Positions 61,325-64,000 of a stretch of 64,000 nucleotides of DNA are shown in pieces. The first letter of the stretch is position 1. Each line of letters opens with the position of its first letter. A program made the translations under genes and the position numbers. The notes beneath the pieces were generated by a model, which had not been told where the DNA came from, searched no databases, and was given only the letters and a program-made list of their open reading frames with translations. This DNA is from Verrucomicrobiaceae bacterium (lineage in GTDB: Bacteria; Verrucomicrobiota; Verrucomicrobiia; Verrucomicrobiales; Verrucomicrobiaceae), in NCBI GenBank assembly GCA_947440575.1, contig CANETF010000001.1:10400-74399 (forward strand), given 5' to 3'.

Positions 61325-62203
61325 TTACTTGGTTTCCGGCGTGAGAGGCGGGGTCGGGGCTTGACCCTGGCTGTCGGTGACTTTGCCTTTGGACATTTTG
61401 CTTTTGAGTTTGGCCCAAAAATCGTCTTCGTCGGTGGTGGCCGTATCGGCAGGGACGGCTGGATTTTCCGTGGCTTTTTTGTCGTCTTTGGGGGTGAAAA
61501 TGGGGATGGTCGTGCCACGGCCGGAACCGCCGGGTGGGTCGTCGGCAAGCGTTTTGCCGTAGGCGGCGAAGGTCTTCACTGGGATGTCGACCTTTTGGAA
61601 ACTGGCCTGGAGTTGGCGGCGGGCGTTGATGAAGGTGGTGGGGCTGTGGTAGTTTGAGTAGTCGCGGGCGAATTGGGAGCGGTTCATGCCGATCTGCAGG
61701 TTTTTGCGGACTTCGAAGTGGAGGTGGACGGCGTACATGCCGTTGTTGCCGCCCATGGTGCCGACGAGTTGGCCTTTTTCGACGAGTTGGCCGACCTGAA
61801 CTTTGCGTTCGTGGAGGTGGGCGTAGAGGCTGTCGACCATGTCGATTTTGCCGGTGGTATCGCGGTAGGCATGGCGTACGATGACGCAGTTTCCCCAGCC
61901 GACGCGGATGTTTTCGGAGAAGACGACGACACCACGGCCCATGGAGTAAATGGGGTCGCCGAGGTCGGAGTCACCGCCACCTTTGCCGTTCCAGTCTTCG
62001 CCGAGGTGGCCATTGGGGTAGAAGCCACGGAATTTGTAGTAGCCGGTGGCGTCGGGTTTGCCGACGGGGAAATCGAAGCCGTCCGCGAGCAGGCAGCGAA
62101 CGGTGTCTGAGGCTGAGAGAGACGTGGCTCCGATCAACCAGCCAACGCAGGCAAGCCGGGAGACCTTTTGGCAGCGTTGGAAAAGGGAAAGTAGAGCGGC
62201 CAT
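61325..62203 (-). CDS. M23-family metallopeptidase
   Basis: HLGEDWNG (HxxxD), YAHL and HLHFEV (HxH) zinc ligand blocks. Pro/Thr/Lys-rich C-terminal tail. Confidence 0.85.
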   Translation of the reverse strand: MAALLSLFQRCQKVSRLACVGWLIGATSLSASDTVRCLLADGFDFPVGKPDATGYYKFRGFYPNGHLGEDWNGKGGGDSDLGDPIYSMGRGVVVFSENIRVGWGNCVIVRHAYRDTTGKIDMVDSLYAHLHERKVQVGQLVEKGQLVGTMGGNNGMYAVHLHFEVRKNLQIGMNRSQFARDYSNYHSPTTFINARRQLQASFQKVDIPVKTFAAYGKTLADDPPGGSGRGTTIPIFTPKDDKKATENPAVPADTATTDEDDFWAKLKSKMSKGKVTDSQGQAPTPPLTPETK

Positions 62204-62279
62204 GGTTCGGGCTGGGTCTCGAAAATACCGCCCTGGACCAAGTTTGCCACTGTTAAATGCACGCTTGAGGTGCTGAAGA

Positions 62280-64000
62280 CTAGTCCTGCATTACGGTGAT
62301 TGTGATTTCTTGAGCGGGGGGAGTTCCAACGGCATGATGGAGACGAATTAGGTGAGTTCCGGGAGTTAGGATGGTTGTCCATTGATCGGGGGCTCCAGTG
62401 ACATTGAGGGATGGGCTTGACCATGTGGCTGTTGGGTAACCTGCGGTCGCTTGCAATCTGAGTCGGCGACCTTGGTCCGGGAGATCGGGGTCGAGGTGAT
62501 ACACGGCGCCGGCCAAGGGTTGCACGATGCGAAGTGCCTGCGGCTCGGAACCGAGAGTAACGAGATCGGCCAGCCAGTTGTCGGGGCTCGTCAGCCAGGC
62601 GCGATATTCAGGCGGCAGGAAGGCGCGACCTTGGGCGTCGTAGTCGTTGCTGGTGGCCGGGGGTGGTAGGTTGGAGGAGACGAGCCAATCGGTTTGGCTG
62701 AGGCGAGCTGCGGGGGATTGAGAGGTGATGCGTTTACCGATTCGGGGATCGATCCGGATTGATTCCAGGCCGGACGGAGTTTGAAACCAAGTGGTAGGTC
62801 CGAATTGCTCTCGCAGCGTGTCGAAAAGGTCCGCGAGAATGGGGGCGGCACCTGTGACGCCGGATACGCCCTGCATCGGGGTGCGGTCAAAGTTGCCGGC
62901 CCAGACAGCGACGGTGCATTCGGGAGTGTAACCTAGGGCCCAGTTGTCGCGATAAGAAGAGCTGGTGCCGGTTTTGGCGGCCACTTTAAACGGCATTCGA
63001 AGCGGAGAGTGCGCCCCGAAGGTCAGAAGGCGGGCTTGGTTATCACTGAGGATGTCTGCGATCTGCCAGGCGAAACGGGGATCGAAAAGACGAACGGCTG
63101 GGGGTGAAGGGTCGGTGCTCAGGAGGCGCCACGGGCGGAATTCACCGAGACGAGCGAGGCAGGCGTATGCGTTGGCAAGTTCCAGGAGGCGGACGGGGGC
63201 GTTTCCAACAGTTAAGCCAAGCCCGTAGTGGTCAGGTGTCTCGGTGAGGGTCGTGAGGCCAAGGCGTTTGAGCGTTTCCAAGAGAACGGGCGCTCCCCCG
63301 ATCTGATCGAGAGTTTTGACCGCAGAAATGTTCAAGGAGTTTCCGAGTGCTGCTCTAAGAGTTACTGGTCCGAAGTTTTTGCCCGTGTAGTTCTCGGGTC
63401 GATATTGCCCAGTTGGGGTGCTGAAGGTAATGGGAAGGTCGGCAATAATCGAAGCTGGGGTTTGTCCGCGCTCGAGGGCCAGCAGGTAGGTGAAGGGCTT
63501 GATGGCGGAACCTGGAGAATGGGGTGTCCAAGCACCATTGATCTGGCCTCCGTCCTGCGAAAAAAAGTCTCGCGATCCCGCTAACGCGAGCACATTGCCC
63601 GTGCCGTTTTCGATGACAACGGCCGCAGCCTGAGTGACATGACGGTCGCGCAGGCCAGCGAGGCGATTGGTGAGGATTTGCTCGACTCGATGCTGGAGCG
63701 TGGAGTCCAGCGTCGTCTGAAACATCGTAGTGTGAGTCGTAGCGGTTTGTTGGGTCAGAAGTTCTACCGCGTGGGGAGCCGCAAACCCACCATGGAAGGG
63801 CGTATAAACAAGCTTTTGAGCTCGAGCATGCTCAAACGTCTCGGATGAGATATAGTCTTCGTCCAAGAGTCGCTTGAGAACATGACGCTGACGGGTTCGA
63901 GCGTGTTCGGGTTGACGAAGAGGATTGAGACGTGCGGGAGATTGGGGGAGGCCCGCGAGAAGGGCGCATTCGGCAACGGTCAGGTCGCTAAGCGGCTTGT
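62280..64000 (-). CDS. pbpC: penicillin-binding protein 1C, 5' end beyond the window
   Basis: The frame stays open upstream of the listed TTG to the window edge, reading KPLSDLTVAECALLAGLPQSPARLNP (glycosyltransferase-51 motif). Transpeptidase motifs GSAIKPF (SxxK) and KTGTS. PBP1C-type C-terminal beta domain. Confidence 0.85.
   Translation of the reverse strand, partial: KPLSDLTVAECALLAGLPQSPARLNPLRQPEHARTRQRHVLKRLLDEDYISSETFEHARAQKLVYTPFHGGFAAPHAVELLTQQTATTHTTMFQTTLDSTLQHRVEQILTNRLAGLRDRHVTQAAAVVIENGTGNVLALAGSRDFFSQDGGQINGAWTPHSPGSAIKPFTYLLALERGQTPASIIADLPITFSTPTGQYRPENYTGKNFGPVTLRAALGNSLNISAVKTLDQIGGAPVLLETLKRLGLTTLTETPDHYGLGLTVGNAPVRLLELANAYACLARLGEFRPWRLLSTDPSPPAVRLFDPRFAWQIADILSDNQARLLTFGAHSPLRMPFKVAAKTGTSSSYRDNWALGYTPECTVAVWAGNFDRTPMQGVSGVTGAAPILADLFDTLREQFGPTTWFQTPSGLESIRIDPRIGKRITSQSPAARLSQTDWLVSSNLPPPATSNDYDAQGRAFLPPEYRAWLTSPDNWLADLVTLGSEPQALRIVQPLAGAVYHLDPDLPDQGRRLRLQATAGYPTATWSSPSLNVTGAPDQWTTILTPGTHLIRLHHAVGTPPAQEITITVMQD

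Noticed and set aside
60408-61657. ORFs of 174-344 codons on both strands overlapping the TIGR01777 and M23 genes
   Set aside because: These are alternative frames of well-supported genes. The translations are Pro/Ser/Ala/Gly-rich with no motifs.

Overview
GC-rich chromosomal segment whose gene content fits a PVC-superphylum bacterium, most likely Verrucomicrobiota (inferred from family content; no search was run). I call about 46 protein-coding genes, one gene remnant and two hairpin terminators. I found no rRNA, tRNA, CRISPR array, transposase or integrase. The main theme is secreted or periplasmic glycan-processing enzymes: two SASA-type O-acetylesterases, a sulfatase, a GDSL esterase, a PL6 lyase, a beta-helix protein and a PhoD-like phosphatase. 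These are interleaved with function-unknown PVC gene pairs: a giant CxxCH protein (DUF1549/DUF1553 or DUF1587-DUF1592 type) plus a Tat-signal DUF1501 or DUF1552 partner. There are five giants and four partners. One pair sits behind an ECF sigma / FecR-LamG anti-sigma pair, with two ATGA start/stop overlaps in the operon. Another lies in a tightly packed five-gene minus-strand operon with an esterase and a phosphatase. Housekeeping genes are scattered between them: metY, ddl, ilvD, pbpC, a DEAD-box helicase and an ABC-F ATPase. The items most worth a second look:
- the PSD-pair operons as an uncharacterised system
- a sulfatase whose catalytic motif reads C-W-V-S-R instead of C-x-P-x-R
- a GMC-oxidoreductase remnant upstream of a 1253-aa LamG/GSDH/di-haem protein
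- an unlisted 43-codon ORF joined by an ATGA overlap to an EF-hand-loop membrane protein
- a WYL-regulator stress cluster
- a switch in synonymous-codon preference that falls inside a single gene
All functional calls come from reading the translated ORFs for family motifs. Nothing was searched or computed.
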